In this document: positions 11,938 to 24,000 of the stretch, in pieces
Numbering within the stretch: the stretch's first letter is position 1
Layout of the letters: every line of letters starts with the position of its first letter
DNA from: Balanoglossus misakiensis
Lineage: Eukaryota; Animalia; Hemichordata
DNA length: 64,000 nucleotides
Assembly: GCA_040954595.2 (NCBI GenBank)
Contig: CM082595.2
Span: 4,800,137-4,864,136 of the forward strand
Reading direction: 5' to 3'
Notes under the pieces: model-generated
The model's database searches: none
What the model saw: the letters and a program-made list of their open reading frames with translations, nothing else
What the model was told of the DNA's origin: nothing
Translations under genes and position numbers: made by a program

Positions 11938-12017
11938 AAAGTCTGTCTAGTGAGTTAATAGCAATATATTGTACGATAAAGTCTGTCTAGTGAGTTAATA
12001 GCAATATATTGTACGAT
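11938..12017. repeat. Perfect 2 x 40 bp tandem duplication in a mucin intron
   Basis: aaagtctgtctagtgagttaatagcaatatattgtacgat at 11938-11977 and 11978-12017. Confidence 0.95.
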
Positions 12018-12228
12018 CTGTAGTTGTGATAACCATAACTCTAGTGTCAGCGAGAGACAGAGAGACAGACATTTCCTTGGTTGAGTAATGGTATTAGTCA
12101 CCCCAATGCCTTGGTCAGAGACACAGACATACAGACAGGGTTTTTTGAAAATTTCCCATTTAATCAGAGCCACCCGTTTACAGACTATAACAAGCCATAT
12201 TACAAATGTCACATTAAGGCCTTCTTAC

Positions 12229-12296
12229 CTGCCCTTAACGCAGGGGGTGGTGTAGCTTCAGCAGTACAGTTCGGTCCGTCCAATCCTTCAGGACAC
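12229..12296 (-). CDS. Transmembrane mucin exon (end of membrane-proximal EGF-like domain + stalk)
   Basis: gacag acceptor, phase 2 (CA|G); QCPEGLDGPNCTAEATPPPALRA; G|gtaaga donor. Confidence 0.87.
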
Positions 12297-12611
12297 CTGT
12301 CAGTACAGAATAGCTATTAAGATTTGAAATTCCTTCTGGATTTCCACAGATATTTTATATCCTTTTCTTTTTATATACATGTAATAACATTACACTTATC
12401 CATGTAATGATCCATATTATTTACTATGTGAGTATATTCCTGCAGTGTCGAATCTGCAACAAGCTTATATTTGGCAACTTGGTAAATTTTTCATTTGATC
12501 AATAGATGCTCCTGATATGATTTTCACGTATAGGTACTGTCATCTTGGCACAGAAACTTGAAGATTGTCACATTGATGTGCATTGCATTTTATGTAATAT
12601 GCTCCACTTAC

Positions 12612-12792
12612 TGGCACTTGACGAACGGATCTGTCTGTGGATTTGTCATATTGACACATTGGGCGTTGAGGGGACAGTAATGTTGATTTTCCGAGCAGAT
12701 GGCGATGCAGTATTCATTGACGTACGATTTACAAATCATACGTTCGGGACATTGCGTGAAATGACATGGGTCTCTGTACACCATTTCAGAGT
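12612..12792 (-). CDS. Transmembrane mucin exon (Cys-rich / EGF-like, post-SEA)
   Basis: ttgcag acceptor; NSEMVYRDPCHFTQCPERMICKSYVNEYCIAICSENQHYCPLNAQCVNMTNPQTDPFVKC; gtaagt donor. Confidence 0.88.
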
Positions 12793-13093
12793 CTGCAACG
12801 AGAAAATGAATTAAAGCAACATTATATTATTTTTTGTATTGATTTCGATATAAAGGTTAGAAATCACATCAAAATTTGAGACTGTTTACACCAGGCCACA
12901 CTGTACTGACTTGCTGGTTTGCAAGTCGTAGATTATTGATTTTGTTAAAACTAAGGTGTACGTTCATCGTCTGTGTTAAATGTTGCCTGTGGTTAAACTT
13001 GACAATTGAGACATTTTGTCAAGCTTTCTGCCTGACATTAATCATAAAAGAAGTTACAGTCAAAATAATTTACATAACATGCATCAAACTTAC

Positions 13094-13257
13094 TTCTTTG
13101 AATGCTCGTCGCGGCCAGAATCTCTGTGACGGTATAGTTGCCAAGGTGTTGATCCTCGACGACAGTGCTGTAGATGGCATCGATGGCACTCTTTTGTTCA
13201 GACTGTGGAGCGGTTTCGTTGAATACCAAGTCAAAAATAGCAATGACACTTCCAGGT
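13094..13257 (-). CDS. Transmembrane mucin exon (SEA domain, C-terminal part)
   Basis: ttaacag acceptor, phase 2 (AA|A); KPGSVIAIFDLVFNE...LGNYTVTEILAATSIQR; gtaagt donor. Confidence 0.9.
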
Positions 13258-13366
13258 CTGTTAATGTGATAGAACGGTGTAGAATTTAATTTACAGTCTA
13301 GGTAATGTAAACACGCCAAAATCAAGTCAATGATATATTTTGCCTTACTGTTAAGATCACACTTAC

Positions 13367-13437
13367 TTGAATTCACGTATCACACAGCGTTCATAATGTG
13401 GTACTGATCTTGACAGTTGAAAGAGTAGCACGTTTAT
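13367..13437 (-). CDS. Transmembrane mucin exon (SEA domain, middle)
   Basis: attgcag acceptor, phase 0; INVLLFQLSRSVPHYERCVIREF; AA|gtaagt donor. Joins to give IREFKPGSVIA. Confidence 0.85.
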
Positions 13438-13793
13438 CTGCAATATGTAATTGAAATTGCGCTGGATAAACATTTACACTCTTGAAGAACTTCCACAGTC
13501 TGGTGTAGTTAAGACTATCCCACCATATTCAAAACTCTAGCCCAAATTGCATTGGCGGGATGGAAATGTCGGTATGTATACTATTCTCATCATTTTTTTA
13601 TACAAAAAAGCAGTCTTTTTTTATCAAAGATAACATAGAAGAACACGAAACATCAGTATTAATATCAGTTTGGTAACTGAACTTTAGTATGGTGTGGATA
13701 ATTAAATTCCAGAAATTTCACCGGATATGCTGTCTTCAACCAAAAACTTTAGTTCCAACTGCAGGACGTGAAGACCAATATGTGGACACTTAC

Positions 13794-13909
13794 ATAAAAT
13801 ATAATGGAGTCAGTCAGTAATGCATATGCTTCTGTTGACGGATCTTGGAGATCTGGCGACCACAGTAGGTTACTTATCCTTATTTCCACCACGGCAGAAT
13901 TAGCAATTT
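13794..13909 (-). CDS. Transmembrane mucin exon (SEA domain, N-terminal part)
   Basis: attatag acceptor; EIANSAVVEIRISNLLWSPDLQDPSTEAYALLTDSIIFY, matching the SEA pattern W/F-xx-DLxDPxS/T-xx-Y; gtaagt donor. Confidence 0.9.
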
Positions 13910-14353
13910 CTATAATCGAAGAAATGACATTCAATATTTACTGTGCGTTATTTGAGTATATGTTACAGGAGGCTAAAGAACATCACATGGTTCTTTTACT
14001 TTTAAGTGCTGACACTATTTTATAGCGATATACATGTAAATGCCTAAGAAAATATAAGACAACAAGAGCAGAAAAGTCTGTGTCTTTTTAAGTTAGTTTA
14101 GAGCTGATATCGGCTTAACTATTCTGCTTTTAAAATGTTTAAATCTTGTTAAACTTGTTAGAACAGCAAAAAAACATTATTAAAGTAAAGGTCGAAAACT
14201 CTAATTCCAATGTATATCTACATCCAATTCTTATCTGATTGGCCATGCTAGCTGACATCTGATTCTAAATTAATAATCTTGTTATAATCTTGTTCAGGGT
14301 TGGTATATGACATCAACAACCATTCATGTCATCTGACGTGTTTTGATACTTAC

Positions 14354-14464
14354 CATTCTCACAGTTGCGGCCTTCATAGAACCGGGCACATTTGCAGTAA
14401 TAATCCGGATCGCTTAGATAACACTTTCCATTATTATGGCAAGGCTTCCGGTCGCATGGGTTAT
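14354..14464 (-). CDS. Transmembrane mucin exon (EGF-like domain 2)
   Basis: ttgccag acceptor, phase 1-1; HNPCDRKPCHNNGKCYLSDPDYYCKCARFYEGRNCEN, six-Cys EGF spacing. Confidence 0.92.
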
Positions 14465-14588
14465 CTGGCAATAAATTAGAAACATGCATGTAGTTGGAAA
14501 TAAACCAATGTATCACCCCAACTTGTACTTAAATTGCCTATAATTGTTAACAAGCTTGTTTCGTGAGTAACTGGATTTTTAGACTTAC

Positions 14589-14762
14589 GTTTTTCGCAGT
14601 ATCTTCCATTGTAACCAGGAGCGCAAATGCACCGAAAATTTCCTTTCTTGCTATTCCCCGTATCGTCATCATCATCATCATCATCCTCATCCTCATCATC
14701 ACCAAGAGGAACACATGTGCCCCCATTTTCACAGGGATCGGATTGACATGGATCAAATACAG
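14589..14762 (-). CDS. Transmembrane mucin exon (EGF-like domain 1 with poly-acidic insertion)
   Basis: ctacacaag acceptor, phase 1-1; AVFDPCQSDPCENGGTCVPLG-DDEDEDDDDDDDD-TGNSKKGNFRCICAPGYNGRYCEK; C|gtaagt donor. Confidence 0.9.
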
Positions 14763-15053
14763 CTTGTGTAGAAAAACATAAAATAAAACAAATGAAACAT
14801 GCTGTGATAATGCAGACAAAAATATTTTTACAAAAGACTACTTAAAAAGGGCATATCCCATTACGAATAATATTGATTAAATACACACGAAATGCACATT
14901 AATGATTAATATACCATAAAGTCAATAAACAATAGAAAAGGTGGATCAGTTGAGATGTTCTATAAACAACAACAATAATCACATCACATAAATTTCATAT
15001 AAAATGCACATATTAAAACAATAAAAGCAGTGAAGGGGATAAAAGATAATTAC

Positions 15054-18000
15054 CACTAGTGCTAGGACTCAAAGTTCTAGTAGTACTTTCTGATGTTGGA
15101 GCAGCAGTGGTGTTAGAAGCAGTACTGGTTGCACCTGTACTCTTACCAACAGTGGTGCTGCTCATAAAAGCTGTAACTGTGCCCAGCGTTGAACTGGCAA
15201 CTTCACTTGTGGTGACCTGGTTTGTTGGAGCCGTAGTTGTTTCAGTGGCTAATGTGCCCGGGGTAGATGGCTCTGTTGTTACTGGTGTGGTACTGGTTGC
15301 ACCTGTACTCGTACCAACAGTCGTGCTGCTTATAGAACCTGTCACTGTACCCAGCGTTGAACTGGCAACTTCACTTGTAGTCACGTGGGTTGTTGGAGCC
15401 GTAGTTGTTTCAGTGGTTATTGTGTCTGGGGTAGGTGGTTCTGTTGTTATTGGTGCAGTACTGGTTGCACCTGTACTCGTACCAACAGTCGTGCTGCTTG
15501 TAGATCCTGTCACAGTACCCAGCGTTGAACTGGCAACTTCACTTGTGGTGACCTGGGTTGTTGGTGCCGTAGTTGTTTCAGTGGCTAATGTGCCCGGGGT
15601 AGATGGCTCTGTTGTTACTGGTGTGGTACTGGTTGCACCTGTACTCGTACCAACAGTCGTGCTGCTTATAAAACCCGTAACTGTACCCAGCGTTGAACTG
15701 GCAACTTCACTTGTGGTGACCTGGGTTGTTGGTGCCGTAGTTGTTTCAGTGGTTATTGTGTCTGGGGTAGGTGGTTCTGTTGTTATTGGTGCAGTACTGG
15801 TTGCACCTGTACTCGTACCAACAGTCGTGCTGCTTGTAGATCCTGTCACAGTACCCAGCGTTGAACTGGCAACTTCACTTGTGGTGACCTGGGTTGTTGG
15901 AGCCGTAGTTGTTTCAGTTGCTAATGTGCCTGGTGTAGATGGCTCTGTTGTTACTGGTGTGGTACTGGTTGCACCTGTACTCGTACCAACAGTCGTGCTG
16001 CTTATAGAACCCGTAACTGTACCCAGCGTTGAACTGGCAACTTCACTTGTAGTCACGTGGGTTGGTGGAGCCGTAGTTGTTTCAGTGGTTATTGTACCTG
16101 GGGTAGGTGGTTCTGTTGTTATTGGTGCAGTACTGGTTACACCTGTACTCGTACCAACAGTCGTGCTGCTTATAAAACCCGTAACTGTACCCAGCGTTGA
16201 ACTGGCAACTTCACTTGTGGTGACCTGGATTGTTTGAGCCGTAGTTGTTTCAGTTGCTAATGTGCCTGGTGTAGATGGCTCTGTTGTTACTGGTGTGGTA
16301 CTGGTTGCACCTGTACTCGTACCAACAGTCGTGCTGCTTATAGAACCCGTAACTGTACCCAGCGTTGAACTGGCAACTTCACTTGTAGTCACGTGGGTTG
16401 GTGGAGCCGTAGTTGTTTCAGTGGTTATTGTACCTGGGGTAGGTGGTTCTGTTGTTATTGGTGCAGTACTGGTTACACCTGTACTCGTACCAACAGTCGT
16501 GCTGCTTATAGAACCTGTCACTGTACCCAGCGTTGAACTGGCAACTTCACTTGTAGTCACGTGGGTTGGTGGAGCCGTAGTTGTTTCAGTGGTTATTGTG
16601 TCTGGGGTAGGTGGTTCTGTTGTTAATGGTGCAGTACTGGTTACACCTGTACTCGTACCAACAGTCGTGCTGCTTATAGTACCTGTCACTGTACCCAGCG
16701 TTGAACTGGCAACTTCACTTGTAGTCACGTGGGTTGTTGGAGCCGTAGTTGTTTCAGTGGTTATTGTGTCTGGGGTAGGTGGCTCTGTTGTTATTGGTGC
16801 AGTACTGGTTACACCTGTACTCGTACCAACAGTCGTGCTGCTTATAGAACCTGTCACTGTACCCAGCGTTGAACTGGCAACTTCACTTGTAGTCACGTGG
16901 GTTGTTGGAGCCGTAGTTGTTTCAGTGGTTATTGTGTCTGGGGTAGGTGGCTCTGTTGTTATTGGTGCAGTACTGGTTACACCTGTACTCGTACCAACAG
17001 TCGTGCTGCTTATAGAACCTGTCACTGTACCCAGCGTTGAACTGGCAACTTCACTTGTAATCACGTGGGTTGTTGGAGCCGTAGTTGTTTCAGTGGTTAT
17101 TGTGTCTGGGGTAGGTGGCTCTGTTGTTATTGGTGCAGTACTGGTTACACCTGTACTCGTACCAACAGTCGTGCTGCTTATAGAACCTGTCACTGTACCC
17201 AGCGTTGAACTGGCAACTTCACTTGTAGTCACGTGGGTTGTTGGAGCCGTAGTTGTTTCAGTGGTTATTGTGTCTGGGGTAGGTGGCTCTGTTGTTATTG
17301 GTGCAGTACTGGTTACACCTGTACTCGTACCAACAGTCGTGCTGCTTATAGAACCTGTCACTGTACCCAGCGTTGAACTGGCAACTTCACTTGTAGTCAC
17401 GTGGGTTGGTGGAGCCGTAGTTGTTTCAGTGGTTATTGTACCTGGGGTAGGTGGTTCTGTTGTTAATGGTGCAGTACTGGTTACACCTGTACTCGTACCA
17501 ACAGTCGTGCTGCTTATAGAACCTGTCACTTTACCCAGCGTTGAACTGGCAACTTCACTTGTAGTCACGTGGGTTGTTGGAGCCGTAGTTGTTTCAGTGG
17601 TTATTGTGTCTGGGGTAGGTGGCTCTGTTGTTATTGGTGCAGTACTGGTTACACCTGTACTCGTACCAACAGTCGTGCTGCTTATAGAACCTGTCACTGT
17701 ACCCAGCGTTGAACTGACAACTTCAGTTGTAGTCACGTGGGTTGGTGGAGCCGTAGTTGTTTCAGTCGTTATTGTACCTGGGGTAGGTGGTTCTGTTGTT
17801 AATGGTGCAGTACTGGTTACACCTGTACTCGTACCAACAGTCGTGCTGCTTATAGAACCTGTAACTGTACCCAGCGTTGAACTGGCAACTTCACTTGTAG
17901 TCACGTGGGTTGGTGGAGCCGTAGTTGTTTCAGTGGTTATTGTACCTGGGGTAGGTGGCTCTGTTGTTATTGGTGCAGTACTGGTTACACCTGTAGTCGT

Positions 18001-21000
18001 ACCAACAGTCGTGCTGCTTATAGAACCTGTCACTGTACCCAGCCTTGAACTGGCAACTTCACTTGTAGTCACGTGGGTTGGTGGAGCCGTAGTTGTTTCA
18101 GTGGTTATTGTACCTGGGATAGGTGGCTCTGTTGTTATTGGTGGAGTACTGGTTACACCTGTACTCGTACCAACAGTCGTGCTGCTTATAGAACCTGTCA
18201 CTGTACCCAGCGTTGAACTGGCAACTTCACTTGTAGTCACGTGGGTTGGTGGAGCCGTAGTTGTTTCAGTGGTCATTGTGTCTGGGGTAGGTGGCTCTGT
18301 TGTTATAGGTGGAGTACTGGTTACACCTGTACTCGTACCAACAGTCGTGCTGCTTATAGAACCTGTCTCTGTACCCAGCGTTGAACTGGCAACTTCACTT
18401 GTAGTCACGTGGGTTGGTGGAGCCGTAGTTGTTTCAGTGGTTATTGTACCTGGGGTAGGTGGTTCTGTTGTTAATGGTGCAGTACTGGTTACACCTGTAC
18501 TCGTACCAACAGTCGTGCTGCTAGGAGAACCTGTCACTGTACCCAGCGTTGAACTGGCAACTTCACTTGTAGTCACGTGGGTTGTTGGAGCCGTAGTTGT
18601 TTCAGTGGTTATTGTGTCTGGGGTACGTGGCTCTGTTGTTATTGTTGCAGTACTGGTTACACCTGTACTCGTACCAACAGTCATGCTGCTTATAGAACCT
18701 GTCACTGTACCCAGCGTTGAACTGGCAACTTCACTTGTAGTCACGTGGGTTGTTGGAGCCGTAGTTGTTTCAGTGGTTATTGTGTCTGGGGTACGTGGCT
18801 CTGTTGTTATTGTTGCAGTACTGGTTACACCTGTACTTGTACCAACAGTCATGCTGCTTATAGAACCTGTCACTGTACCCAGCGTTGAACTGGCAACTTC
18901 ACTTGTAGTCACGTGGGTTGGTGGAGCCGTAGTTGTTTCAGTGGTTATTGTACCTGGGGTAGGTGGCTCTGTTGTTATTGGTGCAGTACTGGTTACACCT
19001 GTACTCGTACCAACAGTCGTGCTGCTTATAGAACCTGTCACTGTACCCAGCGTTGAACTGGCAACTTCACTTGTAGTCACGTGGGTTGGTGGAGCCGTAG
19101 TTGTTTCAGTAGTTATTGTACCTGGGGTAGGTGGTTCTGTTGTTAATGGTGCAGTACTGGTTACACCTGTACTCGTACCAACAGTCGTGCTGCTAGGAGA
19201 ACCTGTCACTGTACCCAGCGTTGAACTGGCAACTTCACTTGTAGTCACGTGGGTTGTTGGAGCCGTAGTTGTTTCAGTGGTTATTGTGTCTGGGGTAGGT
19301 GGCTCTGTTGTTATTGGTGCAGTACTGGTTACACCTGTACTCGTACCAACAGTCGTGCTGCTTATAGAACCTGTCACTGTACCCAGCGTTGAACTGGCAA
19401 CTTCACTTGTAGTCACGTGGGTTGTTGGAGCCGTAGTTGTTTCAGTGGTTATTGTGTCTGGGGTAGGTGGCTCTGTTGTTATTGGTGCAGTACTGGTTAC
19501 ACCTGTACTCGTACCAACAGTCGTGCTGCTTATAGAACCTGTCACTGTACCCAGCGTTGAACTGGCAACTTCACTTGTAGTCACGTGGGTTGTTGGAGCC
19601 GTAGTTGTTTCAGTGGTTATTGTGTCTGGGGTAGGTGGCTCTGTTGTTATTGGTGCAGTACTGGTTACACCTGTACTCGTACCAACAGTCGTGCTGCTTA
19701 TAGAACCTGTCACTGTACCCAGCGTTGAACTGGCAACTTCACTTGTAGTCACGTGGGTTGGTGGAGCCGTAGTTGTTTCAGTGGTTATTGTACCTGGGGT
19801 AGGTGGTTCTGTTGTTAATGGTGCAGTACTGGTTACACCTGTACTCGTACCAACAGTCGTGCTGCTTATAGAACCTGTCACTTTACCCAGCGTTGAACTG
19901 GCAACTTCACTTGTAGTCACGTGGGTTGTTGGAGCCGTAGTTGTTTCAGTGGTTATTGTGTCTGGGGTAGGTGGCTCTGTTGTTATTGGTGCAGTACTGG
20001 TTACACCTGTACTCGTACCAACAGTCGTGCTGCTTATAGAACCTGTCACTGTACCCAGCGTTGAACTGACAACTTCAGTTGTAGTCACGTGGGTTGGTGG
20101 AGCCGTAGTTGTTTCAGTGGTTATTGTACCTGGGGTAGGTGGTTCTGTTGTTAATGGTGCAGTACTGGTTACACCTGTACTCGTACCAACAGTCGTGCTG
20201 CTTATAGAACCTGTAACTGTACCCAGCGTTGAACTGGCAACTTCACTTGTAGTCACGTGGGTTGGTGGAGCCGTAGTTGTTTCAGTGGTTATTGTACCTG
20301 GGGTAGGTGGCTCTGTTGTTATTGGTGCAGTACTGGTTACACCTGTAGTCGTACCAACAGTCGTGCTGCTTATAGAACCTGTCACTGTACCCAGCGTTGA
20401 ACTGGCAACTTCACTTGTAGTCACGTGGGTTGGTGGAGCCGTAGTTGTTTCAGTGGTTATTGTACCTGGGGTAGGTGGCTCTGTTGTTATTGGTGCAGTA
20501 CTGGTTACACCTGTACTCGTACCAACAGTCGTGCTGCTTATAGAACCTGTCACTGTACCCAGCGTTGAACTGGCAACTTCACTTGTAGTCACGTGGGTTG
20601 GTGGAGCCGTAGTTGTTTCAGTGGTTATTGTGTCTGGGGTAGGTGGCTCTGTTGTTATTGGTGGAGTACTGGTTACACCTGTACTCGTACCAACAGTCGT
20701 GCTGCTTATAGAACCTGTCACTGTACCCAGCGTTGAACTGGCAACTTCACTTGTAGTCACGTGGGTTGGTGGAGCCGTAGTTGTTTCAGTGGTCATTGTG
20801 TCTGGGGTAGGTGGCTCTGTTGTTATTGGTGGAGTACTGGTTACACCTGTACTCGTACCAACAGTCGTGCTGCTTATAGAACCTGTCTCTGTACCCAGCG
20901 TTGAACTGGCAACTTCACTTGTAGTCACGTGGGTTGGTGGAGCCGTAGTTGTTTCAGTGGTTATTGTACCTGGGGTAGGTGGCTCTGTTGTTAATGGTGC

Positions 21001-24000
21001 AGTACTGGTTACACCTGTACTCGTACCAACAGTCGTGCTGCTAGGAGAACCTGTCACTGTACCCAGCGTTGAACTGGCAACTTCACTTGTAGTCACGTGG
21101 GTTGTTGGAGCCGTAGTTGTTTCAGTGGTTATTGTGTCTGGGGTAGGTGGCTCTGTTGTTATTGTTGCAGTACTGGTTACACCTGTACTCGTACCAACAG
21201 TCATGCTGCTTATAGAACCTGTCACTGTACCCAGCGTTGAACTGGCAACTTCACTTGTAGTCAGGTGGGTTGGTGGAGCCGTAGTTGTTTCAGTGGTTAT
21301 TGTACCTGGGGTAGGTGGCTCTGTTGTTATTGGTGCAGTACTGGTTACACCTGTACTCGTACCAACAGTCGTGCTGCTTATAGAACCTGTCACTGTACCC
21401 AGCGTTGAACTGGCAACTTCACTTGTAGTCACGTGGGTTGTTGGAGCCGTAGTTGTTTCAGTGGTTATTGTACCTGGGGTAGGTGGCTCTGTTGTTATTG
21501 GTGCAGTACTGGTTACACCTGTACTCGTACCAACAGTCGTGCTGCTTATAGAACCTGTCACTGTACCCAGCGTTGAACTGGCAACTTCACTTGTAGTCAC
21601 GTGGGTTGTTGGAGCCGTAGTTGTTTCAGTGGTTATTGTGTCTGGGGTAGGTGGCTCTGTTGTTATTGGTGGAGTACTGGTTACACCTGTACTCGTACCA
21701 ACAGTCGTGCTGCTTATAGAACCTGTCACTGTACCCAGCGTTGAACTGGCAACTTCACTTGTAGTCACGTGGGTTGTTGGAGCCGTAGTTGTTTCAGTGG
21801 TTATTGTGTCTGGGGTAGGTGGTTCTGTTGTTAATGGTGCAGTACTGGTTACACCTGTACTCGTACCAACAGTCGTGCTGCTTATAGAACCTGTCACTGT
21901 ACCCAGCGTTGAACTGGCAACTTCACTTGTAGTCACGTGGGTTGTTGGAGCCGTAGTTGTTTCAGTGGTTATTGTGTCTGGGGTAGGTGGCTCTGTTGTT
22001 ATTGGTGCAGTACTGGTTACACCTGTACTCGTACCAACAGTCGTGCTGCTAGTAGAACCTGTCACTGTACCCAGCGTTGAACTGGCAACTTCACTTGTAG
22101 TCACGTGGGTTGTTGGAGCCGTAGTTGTTTCAGTGGTTATTGTGTCTGGGGTAGGTGGCTCTGTTGTTATTGGTGCAGTACTGGTTACACCTGTACTCAT
22201 ACCAACAGTCGTGCTGCTTATAGAACCTGTCACTGTACCCAGCGTTGAACTGGCAACTTCACTTGTAGTCACGTGGGTTGGTGGAGCCGTAGTTGTTTCA
22301 GTGGTTATTGTACCTGGGGTAGGTGGCTCTGTTGTTAATGGTGCAGTACTGGATACACCTGTACTCGTACCAACAGTCGTGCTGCTTATAGAACCTGTCA
22401 CTGTACCCAGCGTTGAACTGGCAACTTCACTTGTTGTCACGTGGGTTGTTGGAGCCGTAGTTGTTTCAGTGGTTATTGTGTCTGGGGTAGGTGGCTCTGT
22501 TGTTATTGGTGCAGTACTGGTTACACCTGTACTCGTACCAACAGTCGTGCTGCTTATAGAACCTGTCACTGTACCCAGCGTTGAACTGGCAACTTCACTT
22601 GTAGTCACGTGGGTTGGTGGAGCCGTAGTTGTTTCAGTGGTTATTGTACCTGGGGTAGGTGGTTCTGTTGTTAATGGTGCAGTACTGGTTACACCTGTAC
22701 TCGTACCAACAGTCGTGCTGCTTATAGAACCTGTCACTGTACCCAGCGTTGAACTGGCAACTTCACTTGTAGTCACGTGGGTTGTTGGAGCCGTAGTTGT
22801 TTCAGTGGTTATTGTGTCTGGGGTAGGTGGCTCTGTTGTTATTGGTGCAGTACTGGTAACACCTGTACTCGTACCAACAGTCGTGCTGCTTATAGAACCT
22901 GTCACTGTACCCAGCGTTGAACTGGCAACTTCAGTTGTAGTCACGTGGGTTGGTGGAGCCGTAGTTGTTTCAGTGGTTATTGTGTCTGGGGTAGGTGGCT
23001 CTGTTGTTATTGTTGCAGTACTGGTTACACCTGTAGTCGTACCAACAGTCGTGCTGCTTATAGAACCTGTCACTGTACCCAGCGTTGAACTGGCAACTTC
23101 ACTTGTAGTCACGTGGGTTGGTGGAGCCGTAGTTGTTTCAGTGGTTATTGTACCTGGGGTAGGTGGCTCTGTTGTTAATGGTGCAGTACTGGATACACCT
23201 GTACTCGTACCAACAGTCGTGCTGCTTATAGAACCTGTCACTGTACCCAGCGTTGAACTGGCAACTTCACTTGTTGTCACGTGGGTTGTTGGAGCCGTAG
23301 TTGTTTCAGTGGTTATTGTGTCTGGGGTAGGTGGCTCTGTTGTTATTGGTGCAGTACTGGTTACACCTGTACTCGTACCAACAGTCGTGCTGCTTATAGA
23401 ACCTGTCACTGTACCCAGCGTTGAACTGGCAACTTCACTTGTAGTCACGTGGGTTGGTGGAGCCGTAGTTGTTTCAGTGGTTATTGTACCTGGGGTAGGT
23501 GGTTCTGTTGTTAATGGTGCAGTACTGGTTACACCTGTACTCGTACCAACAGTCGTGCTGCTTATAGAACCTGTCACTGTACCCAGCGTTGAACTGGCAA
23601 CTTCACTTGTAGTCACGTGGGTTGTTGGAGCCGTAGTTGTTTCAGTGGTTATTGTGTCTGGGGTAGGTGGCTCTGTTGTTATTGGTGCAGTACTGGTAAC
23701 ACCTGTACTCGTACCAACAGTCGTGCTGCTTATAGAACCTGTCACTGTACCCAGCGTTGAACTGGCAACTTCAGTTGTAGTCACGTGGGTTGGTGGAGCC
23801 GTAGTTGTTTCAGTGGTTATTGTGTCTGGGGTAGGTGGCTCTGTTGTTATTGTTGCAGTACTGGTTACACCTGTAGTCGTACCAACAGTCGTGCTGCTTA
23901 TAGAACCTGTCACTGTACCCAGCGTTGAACTGGCAACTTCACTTGTAGTCACGTGGGTTGGTGGAGCCGTAGTTGTTTCAGTGGTTATTGTACCTGGGGT

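Noticed and set aside
13480-13540. Possible extra mucin exon between the SEA exons
   Set aside because: No convincing donor, and the SEA domain is complete and in phase without it.
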